Source: Antedon mediterranea (taxonomy: Eukaryota; Animalia; Echinodermata). Taken from it: 64,000 bases of DNA. The notes beneath the pieces were generated by a model, which worked only from the letters and a program-made list of their open reading frames with translations, was not told the DNA's origin and ran no database searches. Made by a program: the position numbers and the translations under genes. The stretch covers positions 6,014,001 to 6,078,000 of the forward strand of contig NC_092673.1 in the NCBI RefSeq assembly GCF_964355755.1, written 5' to 3'. Of the stretch, positions 50,310-63,333 are shown piece by piece (the stretch's first letter is position 1; each line of letters opens with the position of its first letter).

Positions 50310-50358
50310 CAATTACCAGGGAAGAGTTAAATCATTATTAACTCTTCCCTGCAATTAC
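50310..50358. mobile_element. P-element-like excision footprint
   Basis: caattac-CAGGGAAGAGTTAAATCATTATTAACTCTTCCCTG-caattac. Confidence 0.6.
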
Positions 50359-51443
50359 AAACCACTAGCTCGCTGAAAGATTGATACGCATGTTCAGGGC
50401 TGTCATACATTGATGACGTACGTGACTAGGCTAATCGTCCAGCGTAGACCACATGTTTAAAGTCCCTTTATTTTGACGTACATTGACAAGATATGCAATC
50501 ATGAAACAATAATAAATTGGTAACATTTATTAACACTAAAGATATGTACACAAACTTGGAGTTTTTAGGTTTAATTAAAATTCATGTTGATCAATAATTT
50601 TAAAATCAACGATATATAGACAGCGCTCCGATTTAAAAAAAAAGCCTATCCGCGTTTCGCAACATTATTAATCGTGTCACGCATTTCGTGAATGGTTCAG
50701 AACGCGGTTAAAAACTATTGTACGTTTAGTGAATGGATTGAATCTGAGTCAGCGACGATGTTACAGTTACTTTTCAGAAGCTACTTTTCGTGTTTTGGAC
50801 ATAATTTAGAACTCCGGTTATAATACATTTAGAATAGGGACAATTTGGGACTTTAAAAAAAAGTCCAGTTTTCAATGAATTCCGGTTTGTGGAGAATTTA
50901 CTGTTATGATACTGCAATTTACATAGTAGTCATTTGGAATGAAAAGATTACAGATTTAAAAAATAATGAATGTTCCATCCATCATTCTAAAAAAAGGTTT
51001 CAATGCTGAATGCATACCATTTAATTATACCATTATTCATTTCATTTATCTTTTTATTTCGGAATATCATGGTGACATAATATTTTATCCATAGCAAAAG
51101 AGAGAGAAAAAAAAATTATTATTAAATAAAACTGACAGATTACGTCTAGCTAAAAAATTCACAGTAACTTACCACCGTACTGAAGTTTATGATGACAGAT
51201 GAACATGTCGCATAGATTACACCAAGCCTACTGTACCACATACACCTTTGTATACAAAAATCTACCTTGGCCTATTAGGAGCTTACCATCACGGAGTACA
51301 CCTTCAATGATGCAGTAAAGCTGTACAGCTTATCAGAAGGGTAGGCAGCTTGTCAGACTATGATTGTTCTTGACGCACATGGTGTAACAAAATATGCAAA
51401 TGAGTATAATGCTTGAATGAACTTAAAGTTACTAAACATATTA

Positions 51444-51481
51444 CTGGAACCATGGATCTATTCTTTAATCCATGCTGGAAC
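51444..51481. mobile_element. P-element-like excision footprint
   Basis: ctggaac-CATGGATCTATTCTTTAATCCATG-ctggaac. Confidence 0.6.
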
Positions 51482-52499
51482 GCATTCCCTGTAGATTTGC
51501 GAATGCGTTATTTTACTCTAGATGAAAGGATTAACAGATTCTACAACAAATTTAATTAATATTGCTATTTATTGTGAAAGTAAAGTAGGCCTAGCTATAA
51601 TACTGAACACAGAAGTCATTTGGAATTAAAAGATTTCAGAGAATAACAATATAAATAATAATAAATAATTATTAATTGAAATTTTTGTTGTTGAATATGC
51701 CATTTTAATGTCCCATAATAGTTATCAACTTTGACCAAAATTTGGATTGAAAACAAATGTATTTACCTGAAAAAATTGTAATTTAAAGCAAAAAATTGGC
51801 TGCCAACCAATAGGTTTTTGGGTGAATTTACTTTGTATTTTTCTAAGTGAAAACATTATTTGTTTATATATTTTTTTCTACGGAAATGATTAGGGGCCTA
51901 ACTTGATTAAAACTACAACATAACCTATCCAAAGTCTCATTTAATTAATCTTCATTTTCATGTTTTCCGGGGGACAATACATCTTTAACCCATACTCGTA
52001 AGTATAAATCATTTTCCTCCGTTCATCCACTACGTTCACAAATTATTAATCAGCATAAAATATGTAAATAGCGTCATCACAGTGCGTCATTTCTCACAAA
52101 TACGCTAGGATTTAAGTTGTCAATCACTTTTTTAAGGATCTTCAACTTCAAATTTCAAGATTAAAAAAGGAATAAAATAACAGCAATAACACAACAACAG
52201 TAAAAAGTAAATCACATATTTTTTTTTTTTTTCTTTTTTCTCTTTTGTGGTTAACCACCACTTTTATTCATTCTTTCATACAAATTTCGTTCACATTTCA
52301 TTTTCATACATTAAATTTCTGTTTTCTACTTTTTTCGTTATTTTCTGATTTTTACTCTTTTAACCTTTATACATATAGTGGTTTTATTATATGCATACAA
52401 AAACTGTACATCTTAAAATACAAAAATGGATGCCACTTATAAGTTACAACATGCCTAGTGTATTCATATCTTTTAAAATATATTTAAACTGAATCCAGG

Positions 52500-54477
52500 G
52501 ATTCTGGCATACAGGTTTTTTAAGTTCAGTTTTAATTTTAATTATGTATATGACGTACACAGCTATTGAATACAATTGGTTTTTTAATTGACATTTACTT
52601 CCTAACAGGAGCTCTTTGAACGAGCTACTGCTGTTATCTAGCTTTTTAAATATATTGTCAATTTTTTCTCACAGTATTTGATTACGTCTACAATAATAAA
52701 ACATATGTTTTTTGTCTTCAATGACTCCACAATTGTTACATATGTTATTATTTTTCAGTTTCCAGTTATACAGTTTTAGATTTGTAGGTACAACTCTATT
52801 TAGTAATTTGTAATTCAATTGGGCAAATTTCTTAATTTTTTCGTTTTTCACTTTTCTTTTCCAGACATCACACCACTTGATATCTTCATTAAATATGTTA
52901 TTCCATTTAAGTATGCTTTTCGGGGGAATAAAAACATTATTAACAAAGTTAGAATAAACATCTTTTGTTGTCATCTTAATTATATTGTTGATATTGTATT
53001 CCTGATTCACATTCATATATTGGTTCATATTTGGCATATTATGTTTAATTATACTTAACCACTCTTTTTTTTAATTGCATTGGTACATTCATTTAGTGTG
53101 ACAATACCTTCACATATCCCCTTTTCTTCTTCAGTTAAACTCGTTACATTTGATTTATCTAGGTAAGTGTTTATTTTTTTAAGGGATATACCCTTATTTG
53201 CATATAGATGCCTATAAAATCTAACTTCCTCACAAAGGATTTCCTTTGTCTTCGTTAGTACTCTACCCTCCTCGTTTTGTAAACATTTGATTTGGTTTTT
53301 TTTCCCCTTATTTTTTTCCAGACTAAGAAAATATTTAGTGCTACGTTCGCCCTCTTCGATCCATTTTACTCTAGAACGTATATATGCACCTTTTGTTTCA
53401 TTATCGTAAATATTTTCCAGCTTTTTTGTTTTGTTTGCAATTTTTGCTTCTATGCTCTCATTGGCAGTACAATAATTATTTAATAAAGAATCATTTAGTT
53501 TTTTTATTTCTTTTTCTAGTTTTACTTTTTTTCTTTTTTTTTCTTTATTGATTTTTTTGCCATAGTAGATTGAAACGTCTTTAATTTTGGCTTTTAATAA
53601 TCCCCATAATACATTTGGACTAAGGTTATTTTCATTGGTTTGGGTTTTTTTAATTACATTTGTAATATAGTTTTGGTAATCAGTATTTTGCAATAGGTTG
53701 TTATTAAATTTCCAATAACCTGGGCCTCTTTTGGACTCATCAAAACTGATTTTAATTGAAATTGCTTGAGGATCTGTCAAGATGGCTGGTCTTATATCAC
53801 ATGATATGTCATCGTGATCAAGAATTTGTTTAGAAGTCAACCAGTAATCAAGCCGTCTGTAAATTTGCTTAGATTTTCTACGCCAGGTATATTGTAATTT
53901 TTCTGGATTTTTATTTCTCCAGGCATCTTTTAAATTAAGTTTTTTAATAAAATTTTTAAGTGTAAAAACAGATTTATCTTTTCTGTCTTTACTGTTCTTT
54001 TGGTCCCATTTTCTGTCCAAAATACAATTGAAGTCCCCGCCGATAATAATTATATCGTTGTTTAAGTCAACAATATCCAAAATGGTCTCATTTAACTTTC
54101 TGAAATATGAGCTTCTTACTTTATAATTGTTAGGAGCATATACGTTTACAAAAACATGTATTTTACCATTAATTTCAACATTTAGAATTATATATCTTCC
54201 ATTTTTATCGATACATTCGTTAGTAATCTTAAAATTGAATTAATTTAAGAATATTATTGATACCCCTGCACTGTTTGAAAAGCCAGTGCTATGTATGCAA
54301 GTACTGTTCCAAACTAAATTAAATTTGTCAAATAAGTCAGGTGTAAGGTGTGTTTCTTGTATAAGTACAATGTCAGCCTTTTGGTCTTGACACCAACTAT
54401 GTATCTGCCTTTTGTTTATCTATGCTACGTAAGCCTCTTACGTTTATAGAGACGCAATTAATGCTTGCTTTATTCAT
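52500..54477 (-). pseudogene. L1/Tx1 ORF2: APE and tower joined directly to the C-terminal Cys-rich region
   Basis: SINVRGL, IQETH, GGDFNC, YTW, RLDYWL, GPGYWKFN, EEGERSTKYF; then CNNCGVIEDKKHMFYYC; no RT motifs between. Confidence 0.85.
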
Positions 54478-56214
54478 CTAATATGTTAGCTTATAAATTA
54501 ATTAAGTTGTATACACCAAACAGCTAATAAGCGGAGGTCCAATAGCTTGTTTAGAGAGCTCCCATTGCCATGTTTCTACACACTCAGCACACCAACTTTT
54601 TTTTATAGCTACTACCCTCAGACACAATAATCACGAGGTGTGCCGTTGCAAATTTACTGCGGCCATCTTGAAATCCAAGATGGCGGAAAAAATGGCTGCC
54701 ATTTTATAGTGATGCACTTTATTGTTCATAACTTAATAAATATTTGATGTATTTTGTTGACATTAATGTTGATTAATAGCTAATTACATTATCTATTCAA
54801 TAAAATATTTTTATTTCAACTTTATTGAAATTAAATTACTTTTTTTAAGCAAAAATGCAGAATTTTAGCAAAAAAATCAGCAAAATCTGTGATATACAAT
54901 ATTTATTATGTTAATTAAGACAAGAAGCCATAATTATTATTTTTTTCAGATATTTAAAAAAACTGACCCAATATATACTAGAAATAATGTGTAAACTACA
55001 TGTGCTTGTGAAAAGGCAAACATAAGTTATTAACGATTACGTTTGGGTACTTGTAGCAGGGATTTAATAATGTTTAGTAAAATTGTGAAGTTGAGGGCGC
55101 TATTTAAGTAAGATACAGGTACTCTATTTTCGGATGTAACTCATTAAATACTTAACCGATTATGATGAAAATTGATTTATTTTATAGATAATTAAACCTT
55201 CTTCCTTAATAATTATTTAAAAGTTATGTTAGATAATAAATACCTATGAAAAATGTGCAAAAATCAACAACAAAAATTGAGCCTCATTTCTAAAGAACAA
55301 TATCATACTCAAACTAAGAACATGGTGTAGTTGGGGAGCCAAAAAGGGGTTACCTGCAACCTCTAGCAAACTATGCCAACAATTTTTTTTGCTTCCTTAT
55401 ATCAAAACAATTTTTTGCTATTGGCCGAAAAAAAATTGGGATGGTCAGTACAGGGGCCAAAATGTCAATAAGGTCAAAGTTAAGACTGTGCGTAACTTGG
55501 TAAGTACTGGGTGTATTGGAATATTTGTTGTGCCAAACTACTCAGAAGACTCATATTTCTATTCACTCTAATAGGAAACTTTTGCCAAAAGTGGACGGAA
55601 ACCCCTTTCTGACCACTGGTCAAGAAATTGGCCATATATCTCAGCAACCACTGGTCAGAAAGTGATAATTGTGGTCTCAAATTACTCGCAAAGTATATAT
55701 TTATATTTGTTCTAATATAATAAAAATCATAAAACTGTCAATAACCCCTAATTTTGACCTTTGACATATAGCCGGCACAAACATTTTGGGTTAGAGCACA
55801 CTTTTCATATCTCAGAAATTGTTGGGTGGATATGGTCATTGTTGGGTGGATATGGTCGTAGTTGGTGTCACAATACTCAGAAGATACATATTTCTACCCA
55901 CTTTAATGGACAACTTTTGCAAAAATTGACCGTGAAACTTTCTTTTTGACCATTGGTCAACAACCACTAGTCAGAAAGTTATAATTTTAGTCTCAAATTA
56001 TTCGCAATATATATATATATATATATACAGGTATTTATATTTGCTCTAATACAAACAGAAATACACAAAATGTTAAAAAACACCTTATTTTGACATTTAA
56101 CCTGGTACAATTGCTGGTACAAACAATTTTGTGTGGAGCACACTTACATTTTTAATAACTAGTGAATATTGTCTTGCTTTAATATCAACATATCAGTGAC
56201 TGTTGAGTATGGTA

Positions 56215-56642
56215 CCGTAAATCTTCTTTGTAACCCTTGGTTATTATTCTTTGATTGTTTTTAGGGTGGGTTACTATTGGAAGTGAGGTAACTATTAGAG
56301 TAGTGGGTTACTATTACTAATCTTAAATTAGGCACCTGAAAATAGTAACCCACCCCCTACTTTTCCGGTCAGCAACTCATAGCAAAATAATAAACAGTAC
56401 GAATAAACAAATTTGGTTGAACTCTAACTTATTTTATCAACTCAAAACACTCAATCCTTCCCCACTCTCGAGATCAACATGCATTATCTCCTTATTTTCA
56501 AAATACGACTGCATCATAAGTTTTTGTGACTCTAATAGTAAACCCCATTGGTTACTATTAGATCAGTGGGTTATTATTATTATAGATTGACTTATAAGGT
56601 GGGTTACTATTAGAGTGTGGGTTACTATTACAGGATTTACAG
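56215..56642. mobile_element. Tc1/mariner (pogo/Tigger-like) MITE nested in the long-TIR element
   Basis: TA-CCGTAAATC ... GATTTACAG-TA with repeated gggttactatt motifs on both arms. Confidence 0.55.
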
Positions 56643-58505
56643 TATACTATGGATACTTTGTATCGGAAGTCATAAAGTAGATACAAAATTCTATTCATTC
56701 TAAGGCCTAAGAAAAAGGTGTTTTTTTTTACGTTGATGGCGCTTTAAAAAAAAGTTTTTTTATGATTTTTTTGGCCGAAAAGGTGTAAAAATCGAAGGTG
56801 CGAGGATGAAACAATAAAAATAATAACGTAGCGTATATTTCGGTGTATAATCACACTTTTGACACGCACATTTAACCTCTAAATTAAGGGTGCGTCTTAT
56901 ACACCGAACATAAATGCCTCAACACACACTTCGGTAAATGCTATACAGTAATACTGTTACATATTTTTAAACCATAGTTGAACAATAAAAACAAATCAAA
57001 GTAATTATAGTATAATACTATATATTATCTATATATTATGTTATAAAGAAAATTGTTTATTTACTCATCCTCCTTTTTGTTGAAATCACTAACTTATAAT
57101 AATTTATAACTAATATTAATTGTTTGGTATGACATTGTACCGTAAATCTTAAACTTCATACTACTCAGTGTATGTGATTTTAATTAAAACTAAACATTAA
57201 TAATTTAACAATTCTAAAGAACTTAGGTTTGTTTTGTTCAGATATTCAAACAAATTTATTTTTACTGATATAACAAAGCAAAAAAACATTAACATATTTT
57301 GCTAGAGGGTGCAGCTGAACTCTTTCTGGCTCCCCAACTAGTGGGGCATTTCGTATTTACAAGAACACTGAAAATGTTACCATTACCATACATAAGGTTA
57401 TGCTGACTGAACAAACCACTGTTCAAGTTAAATAAGCCATTATTTTCCAAATGCTCGATATGAGAAAGGCACATCATTCAATGTTTTGAAATGTACGTAA
57501 AAAAAATGAAAATAATAAAAGTAAATCTGTTAATACTCATCAATCATCAATACGTTATGATGCACAAGCCAAGAGTTGTTGCTAATTCCAATATAACGAT
57601 TTAAAATTCACAAATCAACCAAAAATCAAGTAAAAAAGGGCAATAATTAAATGAAATTGGGTATTTTTTGTCTGTACAAATTTCTCTCATTTGCGTTACT
57701 CTAATAGTAGTACTCACTACAAATAGGACAATCTATTCAACTTCATTTAGTACACTTCGTTCAATTGCACATTACGACAAGTGCTCAAAAGTGGGTTGCA
57801 AAATCAAACAAATTTAGAGTTTTATATATGTCACAGGTCAATAACTGTACTTCCTCTCATTTTTTAAACAAATATTCTATTAAGCAGAATAGTAACATAT
57901 ATATTGTGAACAATCGGACACCAAAATGAACAACCCACGTCAACCCAATAATGAGATATGGTAATTTGCCTGAAAAACAGGTCAAAGGTCAAATACGATA
58001 TTTCTGGTCATTATTTGAGAAAAAACTTCATTATAGTAAATAGAAATGTTTATGTTCTGAACATTTTGACACCTAAGTAAATTCTCAATGACAAGTAGTT
58101 TTATGGATATCAAAAGATATTAACCTTAATACAGTTGGACATTGCACCATAAAGGTCAAAGGTTAAAACTGGTACTTCCGGTCATTTTTTTCAAAAATAC
58201 TTTATTAGAGTAGTTAGAATTGTTTTTGTTTTGAACATTTTTAGCTAAAAATCAACTCTCTATGCCCAGTAGTTTCAGAGATATTGAGTGTTTAAGCGAA
58301 AATGTCCGCCAATTTAAATTATGCAAATTAAGTGATCCAAGGGGTCATTTTGCATGACGCCCATCAAAAATTGAATTCGTATAGGATGGGCAATCTGTAT
58401 ACCAAATTGGGTGTTTTTGGAAAAAACTGAACCAAAATGTCCCTAACAGACTCCACTATGCTAGTTGTTGATTGTGCTAATTTAAGGCCAACAAAAGATA
58501 CGTTA

Positions 58506-58544
58506 GTGTCACCATGGAGGTATTTTTTACCTCCATGGTGTCAC
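58506..58544. mobile_element. P-element-like excision footprint
   Basis: gtgtcac-CATGGAGGTATTTTTTACCTCCATG-gtgtcac. Confidence 0.6.
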
Positions 58545-59656
58545 GTCCAGCTATTAGAGAAGCATGACTTAAATATTTATTTAAAAAATAATATATTGTT
58601 CATTCAATTTTCTATCAAACTCATCATGATCGTCATTCGTTTCACGGTATATACACTTACTGTACATAATATATTTAAAAAATCAAATCCTGCAGGTTAA
58701 ACTATTTCTTTTTAGCTTACAAGATGATACAATTTAATTAGATTTACACAAATAATACATTTTTCATATGTATTTATTATCTAACATGCCTTTTAAATAA
58801 TTAAAAAGGAAGAATGTTTAATTATCTATAAAATAAATCTATTTTCATCATAATCGGTTAAGTATTTAATGAGTTACAACCGAAAATAGAGTACCTGTAT
58901 CTTACTTAAATAGCGCCCTCAACTTCACAATTTTACTAAACATTATTAAATCCCTGCTACAAGTACCCAAACGTAATCGTTAATAACTTATGTTTGCCTT
59001 TTCACAAGCACATGTAGTTTACACATTATTTCTAGTATATATTGGGTCAGTTTTTTTGCATATCTGAAAAAAAAAATAATTATGGCTTCTTGTCTTAATT
59101 AACATAATAAATATCGCATATCACAGATTTTGCTGATTTTTTGGCCAAAATTATACATTTTTGCTCTAAAAAAGTAATATAATTTCAATAAAATTAAAAT
59201 AAAAATACGTTATTGAATAGATAATGAAATTAGCTATTAATCAACATTAATTTCAACAAAATACATCAAATATTTATTAAGTTATGAACAATAAAGTGCA
59301 TCACTATAAAATGGCGGCCATTTTTGCCGCCATCTTGGATTTCAAGATGGCCGCAGTAAATTTGCAACGGCACACCTCGTGATTATTGTGTCTAAGAGTA
59401 TTAGCTAACAAAAAAAGTTGGTGTGCCTGAGTGTGTAGAAACATGGCAATGGGACATGTTAACGAAGCATCTTTTTGGCACTTGGACCTCCGCTTATAAC
59501 TTATTTGTCTATATATAAAGTATAGTATACACATACACATACTGTAATACACATGTGGTGCTTAGAATACATAGCCTACAAAATGGTTGTTGGTATCTGT
59601 AATATGTATTATCCTATTTACTATTATACACTTTTTAGATTGGTGTGTCTACAAAA

Positions 59657-60741
59657 TTATTTCTTTTGTCCGTCATTCTTACTTTTACTTGCTTTGCGTC
59701 TTCTTTTCGTTCCCGGCATCGAGGGTGAGATTTCGGGCTCAGCTTGTTCCTCTTCTTTCTTGTTATTTTCTTTCTGTTTAGCCACTTGAAGGCCTACGCT
59801 GGAGCTAGCTGGAGCATTCATAAAAGTTGTTATCTTTCCTTGTTTCTTTTGTTTCTCCTTTGTTGGCTCGCTTTCCTCATAGTCATCTTCGTCACTCTCC
59901 TCACTTTCCTCTGATAATGATTCATCTTTATCTTTAGCTGGCTTATCGGTATCGAGAGCCTTTTTTTCTATGACACGTTCCCACATTTCTTGGATGAGAA
60001 TTTCACCCGAATCATTGTGTGTAACAGCTTTTCTGCACCACATTGGTCCTTTTTATGACCCTCCAAACCACAGGCGTGACAGCAAAGCTTATTGGAACAT
60101 GCTTTCGCACTATGACCATTTTTAAGGCATTTCGAGCACTTAATTCTTTCATCTATTTGACCATCGTGAAACATTCTCGTTTTGAAATTTAAAACGCTTA
60201 CAAACCTTGGCAAAGGTGTTTTCAGGGTTTCAGCGTATAGTACCCGGTCTCCATTTAAGCAGTTTGTTAATTGCCCGTCAACTCTCAGTTTCATCCGTTG
60301 TATAGATCCCAGTATTTTGCAATTAAAACGCAGAAGGCTTGTTTTAATTTCTTCATCTGATACAGATAAAGGCAGATCTTTAACAATAATGCGAGTAGCA
60401 TCTGTGTCGTATGGCAGATATGGGTTCCTATCATAAATGGTAACATTTCTACCTCTTAGGTTTAACCCAGCTGTTATTAAACAAACCCTATCTTGATGTG
60501 TTCCTATATAAATCCTCCATAGATTTTTGATACGCTGTATACCAACAATATTTTGGCTTTTCACTGATTTCAGTATAGCCTTGTAAATATCTTGGGTTTC
60601 TACAAAAGAATCTCCTGTCATGTTAACTTCATCTACTTTCATAAACACTGGTTTCACTTTATTGTAGCCCAGTTTCGTACCCGCGTCTTGGGTCACATGA
60701 TCTTTTGGCGGGACATCCGAACCGGCTATCGTAGTCTTCAT
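59657..60741 (-). pseudogene. L1/Tx1 ORF1 (RRM-like region plus two CCHC knuckles), one frameshift
   Basis: GIQRIKNLWRIY, RIIVKDLPLSVSDEEI, CLNGDR, CSKCLKNGHSAKAC, CHACGLEGHKKDQC; charged tail in the next frame. Confidence 0.85.
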
Positions 60742-60984
60742 CTTTTACAAGTATTGATTCCGGCTATTAATCACTAAAAAATCATATGCTTTTTTACCTT
60801 AGGCTTTCTTTGAGGGTAATGCACCTTGTATATATCCTTTTTAAAGCAAAATTCTAGCAAAATCCGATATTTTAACGAAAGGCGTTGAAGAGCTAGTTAG
60901 CTAAACGTCTCCTTAGAGAAATACACACCGCCCTCCTTTCCTTAAATCACATATTTTATGATATAATGCGTGAAAAAAATAATG

Positions 60985-61202
60985 TCATGTTGAAAGAATA
61001 AACAAGTAGTGTCTCAAGTAATTTAAACTAAATAAAACTTTGAAAATATTTTGTCCGGTAATAAGTTCCACATTTCTGGATCTTGGAAGCTGGTGCCATG
61101 CCTGCCAACCTCTAGTAAGTAAGGAAGCATTCATGAGCTTAACCAGTCTTGGTTTCGGTATTATTAATGCGTCAAAAACATTGCCAGTTGAATATGTTAA
61201 AA
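60985..61202 (-). CDS. Possible terminal exon of the - strand DED gene
   Basis: Acceptor tttctttatgtttcag|, phase 1, open to TGA at 60985; no recognisable domain. Confidence 0.3.
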
Positions 61203-61528
61203 CTGAAACATAAAGAAAGGAACATAACCATATCATAAATAGCGAATCTTATGTCTATACTACAATGGGCCAACTTACATTAGTATGGAAGCTTTTGAAA
61301 ATACTGTAGCAAACTAAACTTCACTTACATTCGCCTCAATGCAAAACAAGAAACTCTATAAAAATATAGATATTAATTTGTTTATAGTCAGTTTCTATAA
61401 AATACTAAAACGAAAAAAAATCTGTGTGTTCTAACAGTATTAAAAAATAGATTGAAAACATTATGAAGTGAGAATACTTTGAAATATTAAATCTATATGG
61501 AATCTATGACATGAAACTATGAACTTAC

Positions 61529-61907
61529 CAATCTTTTCCATTTCCATCTCTACCTTAGCTACATCAGTAACCAGGTCAAGGCGTTTCAATTTTTCTAATT
61601 GTTCTTTAAGTTTACCATACTGACCAACAGAAAATATTTTCCGCTTCTGTTGTGCCGTGAAAATCTTGTCGATATCGTCTGCAAAGTCTTCAACTTCTCG
61701 AGCCCTGAATCCGCCAAACTCCTTAAGACGTGTTTTGTATTTTTTTTACTTCATCTGAGGTCAATTCACGACTGATATCATCTAACAAATCACTGTGTAG
61801 TTCTTTAACCTTTTTTTCAATGATTTTATCATGAGGGTAGCTTATGTCATATTCTCTTAAGGGATTGGGTTGTCTGTCGTATGCACCAGATGTGGAAGCA
61901 TCAGTAC
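61529..61907 (-). CDS. DED exon (third DED) of the - strand gene, with a +1 frameshift in an A8 run
   Basis: tttattag|..LHSDLLDDISRELTSDEVKK/YKTRLKEFGGFRAREVEDFADDIDKIFTAQQKRKIFSVGQYGKLKEQLEKLKRLDLVTDV..KI G|gtaagt; RxDL motif; phase 1 at both ends. Confidence 0.75.
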
Positions 61908-62720
61908 CTAATAAAAACAAGTATTTTAATGGGTAATGACACATGAAAAAACGTAGACTGTTATAAGACAATAATAATAAATTTAATTTCAATAGCTATA
62001 ATAAGTAAAATTAAATGAAAATTTTGTTATAAAATTGTATTCAAATATATTAATTACTTTGTCTAAACAATTGTTATGGTAATGTTTGAAATTTAATTAC
62101 TGCAATTTAGTATTTCTGCAACTGATTTGTTTTGTTTTATTTCTTTTAAAAATATTTGTTTTTTCTTACTTACTTACTTACTTTGTTTTTTTTTTGTGCG
62201 TGCTTGTTGACTTTTATAGTGTAAATTGTTTAATTCCAAGGTTGTTTGCTGTTCCGATGGTGATGTCTGGTTTGTTGATTACCTTATGTAAATGTGTTGT
62301 GTTTTTGTTTGTTCCTAGTATTGGTGTGAAGTTTTCTATGCCACCTGAGTTTTAATGATGAAACAAGGTGGGTCTACTGTATTTGAATTGTGTTTTATGT
62401 TAGTATGTGTCATTGTGTCTTTGCATTCTTTGCTGCTCCAAATTGTGGGTGCTTGTTTTTTACTTCCAAAATATGTGTTTTGTGTGTTTTTATGCGCGTA
62501 ATGTTTAAGATCGTTGTGCAGGTCAAATTTAATTCTGAGTTCTTTTTAAAATGTTGTTGGAATGAATGAACCGCCATATTTTGAGATTTTTTGTTGATTT
62601 TGATGTAGGTGAAAGTTATTATTATTTTATTTAACAAAAAATTATTATTTGTATTTCCTTTATTTATTTATCAGTTTCCTTCAATAAGATTTTGAACTGA
62701 CAGTTTATACTGTAACTTAC

Positions 62721-63333
62721 CATCACTTTTAATCCTGAGCTTTTTTCTTTCTCCAGAGGCTCCATCAGCAATGGGACTAGGTCTTCTCTTTGACCTCTTT
62801 GTCTCTATCCCCAACAAAATGTTACTGGCATTTTTGTCGAGAACCTTTGCAAAACGTCCTATTGACTTCTCTTCATCCACCAGAAGTTCTTCTCTCTCAA
62901 GATTGAATACAAAATCCCAAATATTGCTAAAAGTGAAATTTCCTTCGCTGTATTGTAACTGCATGGTTGATACTTTTCTGGTATTTTCTCTTAAAGCTTT
63001 AAAAAGTCTTTTGCGATATTCTGTTATTGGTTCGCCCTTGGTAAAATTGTACTCTTCATTGTTGTTTGGATGCTTCACCTTAAACTGCTCTATTAGATCT
63101 ATAGCTTTCTGCTTATTTGTTACTCTAGCGATGTCTAACAGAATTTCTACATCAGTAGGGTTATATTGAATACATCCTTTGCTTTCAAGTTCATTAAACC
63201 ATTCGAGTGCTGGGACATCTTCTTTATTTAATACCTGTCCAGAGCAGTGGTCATTTAGCAGAAGTCTTAGCCACAAACGGTTCTCACCTTCATATCTATC
63301 ACTTACAGATTTAAGTAATTCTGCAAATTCCAT
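62721..63333 (-). CDS. Tandem DED-like first coding exon, paralogue of 8234
   Basis: Same protein family as 8234; the phase-1 donor GAT G|gtaagt joins exon 61907 as ..KSD-G-TDA. Confidence 0.72.

Larger units (their letters stand above)
54528..59496. mobile_element. Long-TIR (~700 bp) non-autonomous DNA transposon, Academ-like
   Basis: Ends TAAGCGGAGGTCCAA / TTGGACCTCCGCTTA; 3-bp TSD taa; arms 54528-55250 and 58760-59496 are inverted copies; superfamily inferred from termini and TSD only. Confidence 0.7.
52223..60942 (-). mobile_element. L1/Tx1-like LINE, 5' end apparently retained, RT deleted, interrupted by a 5-kb DNA transposon
   Basis: TSD taaatcacatatttt at 52208-52222 and 60943-60957; poly-A (T-run) to ~52245; ORF1 and ORF2 remnants. 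Confidence 0.9.

Noticed and set aside
51172-51432. Possible - strand exons with gtaag donors
   Set aside because: Stops in all frames over most of the stretch and no recognisable domain
62086-62637. Hydrophobic 89-aa and basic 75-aa ORFs
   Set aside because: Low-complexity T/G-rich intron sequence between two DED exons
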